Part shown: in pieces, positions 20,874-31,119 of the stretch
How the letters are laid out: each line of letters opens with the position of its first letter
Numbering within the stretch: the stretch's first letter is position 1
Assembly (NCBI GenBank): GCA_963813715.1
Contig: CAWFAK010000017.1
Span: 320,001 to 384,000, forward strand
Source: an uncultured Planctomycetaceae bacterium
Lineage (GTDB): Bacteria > Planctomycetota > Planctomycetia > Planctomycetales > Planctomycetaceae
Direction: 5' to 3'
DNA: 64,000 nucleotides
Notes under the pieces: model-generated
The model's database searches: none
Told to the model about the DNA's origin: nothing
The model's input: the letters and a program-made list of their open reading frames with translations, nothing else
Translations under genes and position numbers: made by a program

Positions 20874-21368
20874 TCACCGCGACAGCAGCCAATTGACGAC
20901 GAGCGCGATGACGAATCCCCAGAGCAGAAATTCGGCCACTCGCGGCCCCTCCCATCGCGACGTGCGACCGGTCAGCCGCCATGTCCGGTAGGGAATCTGG
21001 AAGGCGATTGCCGCGAGCACGAGCCAGCCGAGTCGATGCGTGGTCCACGATTTGGTCAGTCGCCCGTGCAGTAGATGAGTCACGCTCCGCGTCATGCCGC
21101 AGCCGGGACATGAGACGCCGAATAGTCGACGCGACGGGCAAACGACCGGAAACGTGATCGCCGGAGCCGACGCCATGCCAATCGCTCCCTCTGACCCGAC
21201 GTCGACAATCGCTCCGCCGGCGACAAACAGACACGCACCGACGAGCACGATCCAGTGCCAGCGCGTCTCGGCGGGCGCGGTCGCCGTGGTCGGACCGAGC
21301 GAGTCGGCGTCTGGCCGGTCGGTCGCGAAGGGATCGTTCGTCGGATGGCCCGTTGGATCTGCCTGCAT
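20874..21368 (-). CDS. DUF2752 family membrane protein
   Basis: CPSRRLFGVSCPGCGMTRS motif between TM helices. Confidence 0.8.
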   Translation of the reverse strand: MQADPTGHPTNDPFATDRPDADSLGPTTATAPAETRWHWIVLVGACLFVAGGAIVDVGSEGAIGMASAPAITFPVVCPSRRLFGVSCPGCGMTRSVTHLLHGRLTKSWTTHRLGWLVLAAIAFQIPYRTWRLTGRTSRWEGPRVAEFLLWGFVIALVVNWLLSR

Positions 21369-21472
21369 AACTCCAGTATTCTGAGTCGTCGCCCTGGGCC
21401 GGGCAACTCCCGGATTCAAATGAGCAACAGTGACACGGCTTGTGAGTCGGACGGAGAGCGCAAAGCGGATTC

Positions 21473-22293
21473 ATGCGTTACGAGTTGAAGCCACTCGGCG
21501 TCGGCGGCATCCTCGACCAGACGGTTCGGATCGTCAAAGACCGCTTCGGCCTGTTTCTGGCGATCGTCTTCTGCGTGCGTATTCCGGCAACCGCTGTCCT
21601 GCAATACCTCTCCGCCACGAACCTGCTAGAAATGCCTCGGACGCCGACCGACGCCCAAATGAACGAGTTCTTCGTGCACATGGGTCGGTTTTACCTTTAC
21701 GTCTTGCTGCCGGCAGCGCTGATCGACTTGTTGGTCGTCTCGCCGCTGACTAACGGCGCCCTGATCTTTGCCACGTCACGGATTTACCTCGGCGAAGCGC
21801 CGACGTTCTGGGACGCGGTGCGGGCGGCGCTCGGCGCTACTTCGCGTTCGTGTGGACGTCGATCCTGTTTGCCGTGCTCCTTCTGTGCGGCTTTGCCTGC
21901 TGCTTCCTGCCGGGAATTCTGGTCCTGCTTCGCTATTCGCTGTGTACGACGGCCACGGTCCTGGAACGGGTGTCGGGCACGCGGGCCCTCAGCCGCGGCA
22001 GCGACTTGATGAAAGGTGCCGGAAACTCGAACTACTTGAAGCTGTTGCTGTTGTACCTTGTGATGGTGATGATTCAGGCGGGGATCAACGGCGGCGCCTA
22101 TTTCATCCCGCAGCTGCACGTGCAAGTTTTGGCCATCGCGATCCTGGGATCGATCACCTACACGTTTGCCGTGGTCGCGCTCGTGATCTTCTATTACTCC
22201 TGCCGGTGCAGTAACGAAGGATTCGATCTTTTGCATTTGGCGCGGATCGTGGCGGAAACGCCGGCCGAACAGCCGGTCCTGTCGCAGGGATGA
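21473..22293 (+). CDS. Integral membrane protein heading the DUF4129/MoxR operon; apparent frameshift near 21840
   Basis: MRYELKPLGVGGILDQT start; ALSRGSDL; YYSCRCSNEGFDL end motif; ORFs 21473..22009 and 21850..22293 join. Confidence 0.75.
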
Positions 22294-22297
22294 ACGC

Positions 22298-22996
22298 ATG
22301 ACAATCCCCGGCAGCCTGGTCCTCGCGGCGACGCCCGCGTCACCCAGCGGACCGCTTCCCGATGCGCAAATCGTGCGGCAGACCGCCCGCGAAGTGCTGG
22401 CCCGCCCGGAATACCGCCTCGATGCTGCGCCCGATTTCAGCGACGCGATCGCCGCGTTTTGGGACCTGGTCCGTCGGGTGCTCGACCTGCTGCATTCCCT
22501 GTTCGATCGCCTGTACGACATGTCCCCGCTGCTAGCCTATGGTCTCACTCTGGCCCTGGTCATTTCGCTCGTACTTTTGGTCGGCCACATGTCGTGGACC
22601 GTGATGACGGTCGTTCGCGGGGACCGGCGGAGCCTCGATTTGCTGGCAGAGGCCACGCGCCGCAAAGTCGATCCGGCCCAACTCGCGCACGAGGCCGACG
22701 ATGCCGGGGCGCGCGGCAATTACATCCTGGGCGTGCGGCTGCTCTATCGGGCATGCCTGGCGCGGCTTGAGCAAGCGGAAGAAAAGCCTTTTCGGCCGGG
22801 GGCGACCAATCGCGAACATCTCAATCGATATCGGTCGACGCCTCTTTACGACGCGCTGAACCGCCTGGTTTCGATGATCGATCTGAAGTGGTACGGGGAC
22901 GAGCCGTGCCTGGCGAGCGATTTTGCCGAATGCCGCGACGCGTACGAGCGCATCTCGTCGCTCTCGCGGGGGAGAGCGCATGCTCACCACGCGTAA
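22298..22996 (+). CDS. DUF4129 domain protein
   Basis: AREVLARPEY, VRLLYRACLARL, GATNREH, KWYGDE. Confidence 0.8.
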   Translation: MTIPGSLVLAATPASPSGPLPDAQIVRQTAREVLARPEYRLDAAPDFSDAIAAFWDLVRRVLDLLHSLFDRLYDMSPLLAYGLTLALVISLVLLVGHMSWTVMTVVRGDRRSLDLLAEATRRKVDPAQLAHEADDAGARGNYILGVRLLYRACLARLEQAEEKPFRPGATNREHLNRYRSTPLYDALNRLVSMIDLKWYGDEPCLASDFAECRDAYERISSLSRGRAHAHHA

Positions 22997-24368
22997 CGTC
23001 GTAACCCTGGTGATCGCCGTGAGTGTGATCTCGCTGGTCAGTGCGTGCGTGTCGCTCATCGGATCGCCGACGAGTGGCGTCACCGGTCGGGACAGTTTCG
23101 GCACGCACGCCTACGGATATCGAGGGCTCTTCGAGACGTTGGAAGCCTTGCACGTTCCCGTCGAGCGCGAGCTCGTGCCACCCGACGGCCGCGCTCGGCG
23201 GGAGCTGACGTTGGCGATTTTCGAGCCTGACCCGGTGATCGTGACAAGCGAACCGGCTTACTTACACCGGGTGGCCGCCTGGGTCGAAGAGGGCGGCACC
23301 GTGGTGGTCGCCCCGTCCGTCACCAAGCCGGAACGAATGACCTGGCCGCTGCAGGACTGGCCGCCGAAAAGTCCGTTGGAGGAGCTTTCGCTCTCGCAGA
23401 TCGACACGGACGTGTTTCACTCACGCGACGAAGTGCTCACCGAAGACGACGACGATGCGGACGAATCGCCGCGAAAATCGAAGAAGGCGGAGTCGGCGAA
23501 AACTCGGCGTTCGGCCCGGCAGGTCGCGGACCAGGCGCTCGATCTGGCCGTTGGACAGGCACCGGACGTTCCCGTCTCGTTCGTCAAGGCGACCGTCGAT
23601 GGCGACCTGGCGACCCAGTTTCCCCGCGGTCTCGAGTTGGCGGTGCCGGCCAAGGGGCTCCACGTGATCACCGAACTGGGTCGAATCAAAGGCAGCCACG
23701 TGCGAGCAGTTTTGGAGCCGGGGGGCGAGCCGCAGATTCTGGCCGCCCTCTATCCGCACGACCGCGGTTCGATCGCCGTGGTGGCCGACGCGCGTCTCGC
23801 GCAAAACTCGCTCGTGTGGCGCGGCGACAATGCGGTGTTGATGGCCCATCTGCTGGTCGACCCGCGGCACCCTGTGATCTTCGACGAGTTTTATCACGGT
23901 CGCACCGTTCGTTCGAATCCGCTGTGGCTGTCCACACGCTTTCCCTACAACGCGCTCGCGCTCACGACGCTGGGTGTCACGCTGCTCGTCGGCTGGCGGG
24001 CCGCCCGAGCCTTGGGTCCGCCCATCCCGCGGCGCGTTCCCTCGCGACGAACGCTGGCCGAGTATATTGAGGCGATGGCGCGACTGCTCAATCGTTCGCG
24101 GCGTCCGGTTCCCTATTTGCTCAACGAGTTGCGCCAGGGACTGCTGTGGCGGGTGAGACGCGAGCTGAATCAACCTCCCGGACTCCAAGATACGGACAAG
24201 CTGCTGCAGGTGCTGTGCCGCCGCGATCCGCTCATGGCCGACCAGCTCAAAGACGCCCTGCAGGCCATCGATCAAAGTCTCCGATCGCCGTCCCTCGATT
24301 CGACCACGATAAAGGCAACTCTGGCAAAGGTTTCGCGCTGTGCCGCTGTCCCTCGACGAACTGTTTAA
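22980..24368 (+). CDS. DUF4350 domain protein
   Basis: SFGTHAYGYRGL, WVEEGGTVVV, DNAVLM, VIFDEFYHG, EYIEAMARL; operon context. Confidence 0.8.
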   Translation: MLTTRNVVTLVIAVSVISLVSACVSLIGSPTSGVTGRDSFGTHAYGYRGLFETLEALHVPVERELVPPDGRARRELTLAIFEPDPVIVTSEPAYLHRVAAWVEEGGTVVVAPSVTKPERMTWPLQDWPPKSPLEELSLSQIDTDVFHSRDEVLTEDDDDADESPRKSKKAESAKTRRSARQVADQALDLAVGQAPDVPVSFVKATVDGDLATQFPRGLELAVPAKGLHVITELGRIKGSHVRAVLEPGGEPQILAALYPHDRGSIAVVADARLAQNSLVWRGDNAVLMAHLLVDPRHPVIFDEFYHGRTVRSNPLWLSTRFPYNALALTTLGVTLLVGWRAARALGPPIPRRVPSRRTLAEYIEAMARLLNRSRRPVPYLLNELRQGLLWRVRRELNQPPGLQDTDKLLQVLCRRDPLMADQLKDALQAIDQSLRSPSLDSTTIKATLAKVSRCAAVPRRTV

Positions 24369-25293
24369 ATCGGCCCGCACCGCCATCGAGGCGGTCGTCT
24401 TCGGGCAGGACGACGCCGTGGAATTCGGCCTGGCCGCGCTCTTCAGCAGCGGCCACGTCCTCTTGGAGGGACCGCCGGGCACTGCCAAGACGCTGCTTGT
24501 GCGGTCGATCGCCGCGACGTTGCGGCTCGACTATCGCCGGATCCAAATGACTCCCGACTTATTGCCCGGCGACATCACCGGCTCCTCGATCTACCGCGAG
24601 AACACGGGCTCGTTCGAGTTCGTGCGGGGCCCAATCTTTACCAACTTCCTGCTGGCCGACGAAGTCAACCGCGCGTCGGCCCGCACGCAATCGGCCATGC
24701 TCGAGGCGATGCAGGAGCTGGCGGTCACGCACGACGGCGTCACGCACCCGCTGCCGAGCCCATTCGTGACTTTTGCCACGCAAAACCCGGTCGAGCAGGA
24801 AGGCACGTACCCGCTCCCGCTGGCCCAGCTGGATCGCTTCATGTTCAAGGTGCAGGTCGGCTATCCCAGCCCGCAGGCCGAGGAGCGCGTGCTCCGCGAG
24901 CACCACGCGACGGGCGCGGTCACCGGGCCGCAGGCGCTGGGCATTACGCCGGTCGTCGAAGGGGACGATATCAACCGGGCGCGGGAAATCATTCGGCAGA
25001 CTCATGTGCGCGAGGAAGTGATCGGCTATGTGCGGCGCTTGGTCGAGGCCACGCGACGGGACGATTCGCTGACCGTCGGCGCGAGTCCGCGGGCGGGGCT
25101 CATGCTCTTGATGGGGGCGAAAAGCCTGGCGCGGTTTGCCGGCCGCGACTTTGTCACTCCCGACGACATCAAGCGGGCCTTCCTGCCCGTGTTGCGACAC
25201 CGCATGGTCCTCAGCCCGCATTCGGAGCTGGAGGGGACCAAGAGTGACGACGTCCTCGCGCAGATTCTCGATACGGTCGAAGTGCCGCGATGA
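24340..25293 (+). CDS. moxR: MoxR family AAA+ ATPase
   Basis: GHVLLEGPPGTAKT, RIQMTPDLLPGDITG, LADEVNRA, ATQNPVEQEGTYPLP, GASPRA. Confidence 0.95.
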   Translation: MPLSLDELFKSARTAIEAVVFGQDDAVEFGLAALFSSGHVLLEGPPGTAKTLLVRSIAATLRLDYRRIQMTPDLLPGDITGSSIYRENTGSFEFVRGPIFTNFLLADEVNRASARTQSAMLEAMQELAVTHDGVTHPLPSPFVTFATQNPVEQEGTYPLPLAQLDRFMFKVQVGYPSPQAEERVLREHHATGAVTGPQALGITPVVEGDDINRAREIIRQTHVREEVIGYVRRLVEATRRDDSLTVGASPRAGLMLLMGAKSLARFAGRDFVTPDDIKRAFLPVLRHRMVLSPHSELEGTKSDDVLAQILDTVEVPR

Positions 25294-26616
25294 AGGTTCG
25301 GCCGGGCCCCGTGCTGATCGGACTGGCGATTTCGGCCGTCGTGTTTGCCGGGGCGGCGTTCTATTCGCCGGTGGCCGCGAAGGCGATTCCCGCTCGTCTG
25401 CGTCGCGGCGGTCGTGCTGGCCGTCTACGACGGCCTGTGGCTGAATCGCCATCGCGGCGATTTGTCCGTCACGCAGGTCGTGCCGCCGGTTGCCGGCCGC
25501 GATGCGCCGTTCGAGGTCGCGCTTCGCGTTCGCTGCGTGGGGGTGTCGCGGGTGCGGGGACTGCTCCGCACGGTCGTGCCGACGGAAGCGGAGCCGCGGA
25601 TTTGGATCTCCGATTTTCGCCACGAGGGGATCAGTGAAACTCGCGAATTTCGCGCTCGGTTTCGCATCGCCACGCGCGGCCAGTTCGAGTTCGGGCCACC
25701 GTCGGTTGCGCTCAGTGGCCCGTGCCGCGCGCTCGAGGCGCTGTGGGACGTCGGCAACACGAATCGCGTGAAGGTCTATCCCGAAGGGCTCGTGGCCGAG
25801 GACGACCTGTCGCAGAATCTGGCGGCCGAAATTCAGATTCTGGATCGCCGCTCGCGATCGAAACGGCGGAGCGTGGGGACCGAGTTCGAGTCGATCAGCG
25901 AGTTTCGCGCCGGCGACGACCCGCGACGCATCGACTGGCGGGCCACCGCGCGGACGCGGCGGCTTGTCGTGCGGCGGTTTCAAGTCGAGCAGCATCAAGA
26001 CATCTTTGTGCTCATCGATTGCGGCCGGCTGATGGGAAGCGCGGCGGGCCGCGGCACGAAGCTCGATTGTGCCGTCGATTCCGCGCTCTACCTGGCTCGC
26101 GTGGCTCTGTCCAACGGCGACCGCTGTGGGCTGGCCCTCTTCGACAGCACGGTGACTGCCTTTCTGCCGCCCCGCTCGGGACTGGGCGCGCTGCCGACGA
26201 TCGTCGAATGCGTCTACAACGCGCAGACTCGCTGGCAGGAGACCGACTTTGCTCCGCTCTTCGCGCACTTACAGGCCCGCCATCAGAAGCGGGCCGTGCT
26301 CATCATTCTGTCGGACGTCGCCGACCAGGAAACGAGCAAGCGGGCCCGCGTGGCGATCTCGAATCTGGCGTCCCGGCACGTTGTGATCTTCGCAGCCCTG
26401 CAAACGCCCCTGCTCTTTGCCCAAACGCGGGCGCCGATCGGTAATCGGTTGGACGCCGCGCGACAAGTCGTTGCCTACCGGCTGTTGCGCGAGCGCGAGG
26501 AAACTCTGCACACTCTGCGCCGCGGCAGCATCAACGTCCTCGACGTCGAACCGTCGGAGCTGACGCTGCCGTTGATCAACCGCTATCTCGAAGTGCGGTC
26601 GCGCAACGTGGTATAG
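25290..26616 (+). CDS. DUF58 (vWA-like) protein; apparent frameshift near 25390
   Basis: GTEFESISEFRAGDDPRRIDWRATAR, IDCGRLM, GDRCGL. Confidence 0.88.
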
Positions 26617-26640
26617 CGGGGCGACGCGCATTTCGGCGCG

Positions 26641-26726
26641 TCGGGTGGCACTGGCGGCTTGTCCGCCAGTGTCTTCTCGGTGCCTGCGGAAATACCACTG
26701 GCGGACAAGCCGCCAGTGCCACCCGA
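26641..26726. repeat. GTGG-type REP doublet (REPIN-like) between convergent genes
   Basis: tcgggtggcactggcggcttgtccgccagtg ... cactggcggacaagccgccagtgccacccga, perfect 31-bp inverted arms. Confidence 0.88.
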
Positions 26727-26742
26727 GAATAAATCTCGTACG

Positions 26743-27426
26743 TCACGCGCCGCGGAAGCGGTAGCCGATGCCGCGGACCGTTTCGACGTTTTGCGCTCGC
26801 TTGTGCAGCTTTTGTCGCAACGAGCGGATGTGCACGTCGATCGTGCGAGCCAGCGCATTGGCGTCCTCGCCGCGGCAGTTGTCCAAGAGTTCATTCCGCG
26901 TGAACGGGCGCCCCGGTTGCCGCGCCAGCACCCAGAGGATGCGGAACTCCGTCGGCGTCAGGCCGACTTCCGAGCCGTCGACTTTCACCAGGTGGTTGAC
27001 GCGGTCGATCTCGATGCCCGATGCCGAAATTCGCTCATTGGCCGAGCCAGGCGCGTGCGTCCGCCGCAACAGGGCCTTGATCCGGTGAATCAGCGGCTTG
27101 AGCTTGAAGGGCTTGGTGACGTAGTCGTCGGCCCCCATGTTGAAGCCGACGATCTCGTCGACCTCTTCGCTTTTGGCGGTGAGCATCACGATGCGGATGC
27201 CCTGGGTCTTCGGGTCGCTGCGCAGCTCGCGGCAGACCTGCAGACCGTCGACGACCGGCAGCATCAAATCGAGGATCACGAGGTCGGGAAGGATCGAGCG
27301 AGCGCGCGCGAGTCCGTCGCGTCCGTCGGAGGCGGCGAAAACCTCGAAGCCCTCTTTGGTCAAGTTATAGGTCAGGACTTCGACGATCGTCCGCTCATCC
27401 TCGATGAGCAGGATCTTCTGCTTCAT
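26743..27426 (-). CDS. phoB: OmpR/PhoB family response regulator
   Basis: KILLIEDE, LDLMLP, MLTAKSEEVD, GADDYVTKPF, LTPTEF, RTIDVHIRSLRQKL, ETVRGIGY. Confidence 0.85.
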   Translation of the reverse strand: MKQKILLIEDERTIVEVLTYNLTKEGFEVFAASDGRDGLARARSILPDLVILDLMLPVVDGLQVCRELRSDPKTQGIRIVMLTAKSEEVDEIVGFNMGADDYVTKPFKLKPLIHRIKALLRRTHAPGSANERISASGIEIDRVNHLVKVDGSEVGLTPTEFRILWVLARQPGRPFTRNELLDNCRGEDANALARTIDVHIRSLRQKLHKRAQNVETVRGIGYRFRGA

Positions 27427-27445
27427 ACGCCCAGACCCTAACGGG

Positions 27446-27489
27446 ACCATGTCAAGTTTCCGGGTGGGTTGGGTAAAGTTTCCGTGAAG
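27446..27489 (-). promoter_or_regulatory. Putative Pho-box-like 11-bp direct repeats
   Basis: Minus strand cttcacggaaa/ctttacccaac/ccacccggaaa/cttgacatggt, ~20 bp upstream of phoB. Confidence 0.45.
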
Positions 27490-27713
27490 CATGAGTTGGA
27501 ATTTAATTTGTCGCACGTAGTAGGTTGTTTGCGAATCCTAGCTCACCCACTCCTGTACCGCCACGAGGGGTGCTTCCCACCCAGCCCTGCGTCCGCTGGA
27601 ATCGGCGCGGCGTCGGTCGGGACCGCGGCGCAACTCGGCTTTCCGCAAAGATTTCCGGGAGCAAACTTTTTCACCGGTCGCAAGTTCCCGCTTGGGACCG
27701 ACGTAATGAGGAA

Positions 27714-29125
27714 TCACGCCGACAACGGCAGTCGCACTGTGAACGTTGTGCCGCTCCCCGGTTCGCTTGCGATGCCGATGGTGCCGTCGAATTCCTGAAC
27801 CAAGTGTTTGACGATGGAGAGGCCGAGGCCCGTGCCGCCAACGTCGCGGGAGCGGGCGCGGTCGACACGGTAGAACCGCTCGAAAATTCGCGACTGATGT
27901 TCAGGCCCAATCCCTGGACCGTTGTCTTGTACGTCGATTTGCGCCATGCCGTCGTCAATCCGCCAACGGACGCTGATCGTGCCGCCGTCCTGCGTGTATT
28001 TCACCGCGTTGTCGATCAGGTTGCCGAGGATCGTGTGCAGTCCTTCCTCGTCGGCCATCACGTTGACGTCGGCGGCGGGGGCCTGCGTCACCAGACGCTG
28101 CGACTTGGATTCGGCGACTGCCAGGTGTGCGTCGATGCACTCGCGAACGACGGGCGAGACCTCGACCGCGCGGACGTCAAATACGTTTTCGCCTGATTCG
28201 ATCTGCGCCAGCCGTAACAGGTCCTGAATCAGCGCGTGCAGCCGGTTGGCTTGTTCGCCGATCCGCTCGACGAATTTCGTGCGATGCTCGGGCTCCTCGA
28301 GGGCTCCGTCGAGCAGCGTTTCGGCGTAGGCTTGGATCGCGGTCAGGGGCGTTTTCAGTTCGTGCGACACGTTGGAGACGAATTCGCGGCGGATATTTTC
28401 CAGGCGGCGCAGCTCGGTGACGTTATGGAAGACGAGCACCACGCCCGAGGTCGGGTTGCCCGGCAGCCGTGACGCGAGGACGGCGACGACGGCGTGCTTG
28501 CGGGGCAGGTCGATCTCGAGGCTGGTGGCTTCGCCGCCGGCGAGAACGGTGCGGATCACTTCGTTGATCCGCGCGTGTCGAATGACTTCAAAGAGGGGAC
28601 GGCCGACCGGTGTGCTGGCCTGCATGTCGAGCAGGTTGCGCGCGGCCCGGTTGGCGAACAGGATTCGCTGGTTCTCGTCGACGGCGACGACCCCTTCGAC
28701 CATGCTGCCCAGCACGGTCTCCAAGCCGCTCGGTGCTTTCCTGCAGTTGGCGGCTCTTGCGCTGCAGCTCTTCGATCCGCGTTTCGAGTTGGCGGTTCAT
28801 CGAGTCGATGGCCGACTCGAGATTGCGGGCCGTTCCGCGGGAGGCCGGCGGTGCGGACCAGAGCGGTTCCCCCAACTCGCGGGCGGCGGCCGATTCGGTG
28901 ATTCCCGCCAGCCGGACCGCGGCCCGGTGCAGCACGCCCCACGTTAAAAAGAGCCCCAGCGTGGCGACCATCAACACCGCCGCCCAGACGGCGGTCCCGC
29001 CCGTCGCGCACACTGGCGGCTGGGTCGGCCCCCAGTTGCGGCAGGCCGCCGAAGAACCAGGCTGCGGCCGCTGCCAGCAGCAGGTATCCGAGGGCGGCAG
29101 TCCAGAAAAAGCGGGACGAAAACAT
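27714..29125 (-). CDS. phoR: PhoR-like PAS histidine kinase; apparent frameshifts near 29010 and 28725
   Basis: VLGSMVEGVVAVD, RREFVSNVSHELKTPL, NLIDNAVKYT, RIFERFYRVDRARSRDVGGTGLGLSIVKH. Confidence 0.85.
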
Positions 29126-29284
29126 CGCGTTAGCGTGGGGTTTTCAGCAGTGACAGCACACGAGCCGAGTGCGCCGAACGGGGCGGGAACTCGAATTGCC
29201 GTCTTTTTCGGGATTGACTACGATCCGCCGCCATTTTGACGCACCGCGCGCGACCGTTCAAATCGAGCGTCCAAGGAGGGAGCC

Positions 29285-30079
29285 GTGCGACCACCGGAAC
29301 GCTACAACTTCGTCACGCAAACGCGTTACGGCACGCTCGTTTATAACAAGAACGATCATGCGTGTCGGCCGGTCGTTGGAGTTGTACGGCGAATACTGCG
29401 AACGGGCAATCGTCGTCTTCGACCAGATCCTGACGGCAGGCCAGGTTGTGATCGACGTCGGTGCCAACATCGGCACGCATACGCTGTTCTTCGCCAAGAA
29501 AGTCGGGCCGGCGGGCTGCGTGCTGGCCTTCGAGCCGCGGCGGCTCGCTGTTCCAGACACTTTGCGGCAACATGGCGATCAACAGCATCACCAACGTCCA
29601 CTGCTGGAATGCGGCCGTCGGCGATCGTCGGGGCGAGATCTGCGTGTCGCGGGTCGACCACGAACGGCCGATCGATTTCTCCAGCCTCGAAGTTGGCGGC
29701 AACGACGGCGACCGGGTGCCCGTGATCGAGCTGGACGGGATGAACCTGCCCCGCTGCAACCTGCTGCGGATTGCGTCTACCGGGAATGGAATGCGCGGTG
29801 CTCGACGGGGCGGTCTCGCTGCTCAAGCGGGCCAAGCCCATCGTCCACATTACGAGCCAACTCGACGCGGCCCGCGAGGCGCGATTGCTCGAGCGACTAA
29901 CGGAGCTGGGCTACGCCGCCTATTGGCACGCGGCCGATCTCTTCAATCCGCTCAACCACGCCGGCAACGGGGAGAACGTGTTCGGCACTCAGGCCGATCG
30001 TTGCCTGTTGTGCGTCGACATGGCGGTCGAGCGGCACCTCACAGGCTTCACCAAGGCCACCGGCGCCGAGGCGGCTTAA
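29285..30079 (+). CDS. FkbM family methyltransferase; about 3 apparent frameshifts
   Basis: QTRYG, VGRSLELYGEY, IDVGANIGTHT, AFEP, FQTLCGNMAINS, LFNPLNHAGNGENVF spread over several frames. Confidence 0.8.
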
Positions 30080-30311
30080 GCGATCGGTTGGGCCCCCGGT
30101 GGCATGTCGGAATCTTGCGCGCCCGCTACACTAGCGCGTAGGGCCGGTTGTGCCTGCCGCTCCGCTCGCGCCCGTCCCGGTTGTTCAACGGGTGGCATTG
30201 GCGGCCGTTTGCGAGCGTTTTGAGCCGCGGATTGGTCCGGACGCCATAAAGACGGCAGGCGCAGCCTGCCCTGGTGGCCATCGACCGGATTCCTTCCCAC
30301 GCAGGTGCCCG

Positions 30312-31111
30312 TTGGATTGCACATCAGCGGAGTTCACATCCGCCGACGTCGAGCGGATCCGTTCCGCCGGACTGGTCGGCGAGCTCGAAGTGCACTCCGA
30401 GATTGGCTCGACCAACAACCGCGCGGCGGAGCGCGCTGCGGATGCGGCACTTCCCTGCCCTTGCCTGATTCTGGCCGCGCGGCAAACGGCCGGTCGGGGC
30501 GCGGGAGCAACGTTTGGTGGTCCGGGCCGGGAGCGCTCACGTTTTCGGTCGTGCTCGAGCCGCGGCGCGTTGGGCTGCCGATCGAGAGCTATCCGCAAGT
30601 CGCGCTGGCCGCCGGCCTGGCGGTTTGCGAAGTGATCCAACAATCGTTGCCACAGGCCGTCGTCGGCTTGAAGTGGCCCAACGACGTCTTCTTGTCGGGC
30701 AAGAAAGTCAGCGGCATTCTGCTGGAGTCACCGCAAAGCAGCTCGGCACGCCTGATCGCAGGAATTGGACTGAACGTCAACAACTCGTTGGCTGCCGCGC
30801 CGGCGGAGTTGCGGCGCACGGCCGTCTCGATGATCGACGTCGCCGGCGCACGTTTGGATCGCACCGGGGTGCTCATCTTGCTGCTGGAGCGCCTCGACGT
30901 GTGGCTCCGCGCCCTGGCGCTCAACGGTCCCGGAGTCTTCGAACGCTGGCGGCCTTACTGCGTGCTGACGGGCAAGCACGTCAGCCTGCGCGCCGGCACG
31001 CGCGACGTCGAGGGGCTGTGCCGGGGAATCGACGACGGCGGACGCCTGCTCATCGCGACGTCGCAAGGGACCGAAGCGCACCGCAGCGGCACGGTCCTGT
31101 CGTTCGAGTGA
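30312..31111 (+). CDS. birA: Biotin--[acetyl-CoA-carboxylase] ligase; apparent frameshift near 30500
   Basis: IGSTN, QTAGRGRGSNVWWS, LKWPNDV, KKVSGILLE, GIGLNVN, GIDDGGRL. Confidence 0.9.
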
Positions 31112-31119
31112 CCGCCCGA

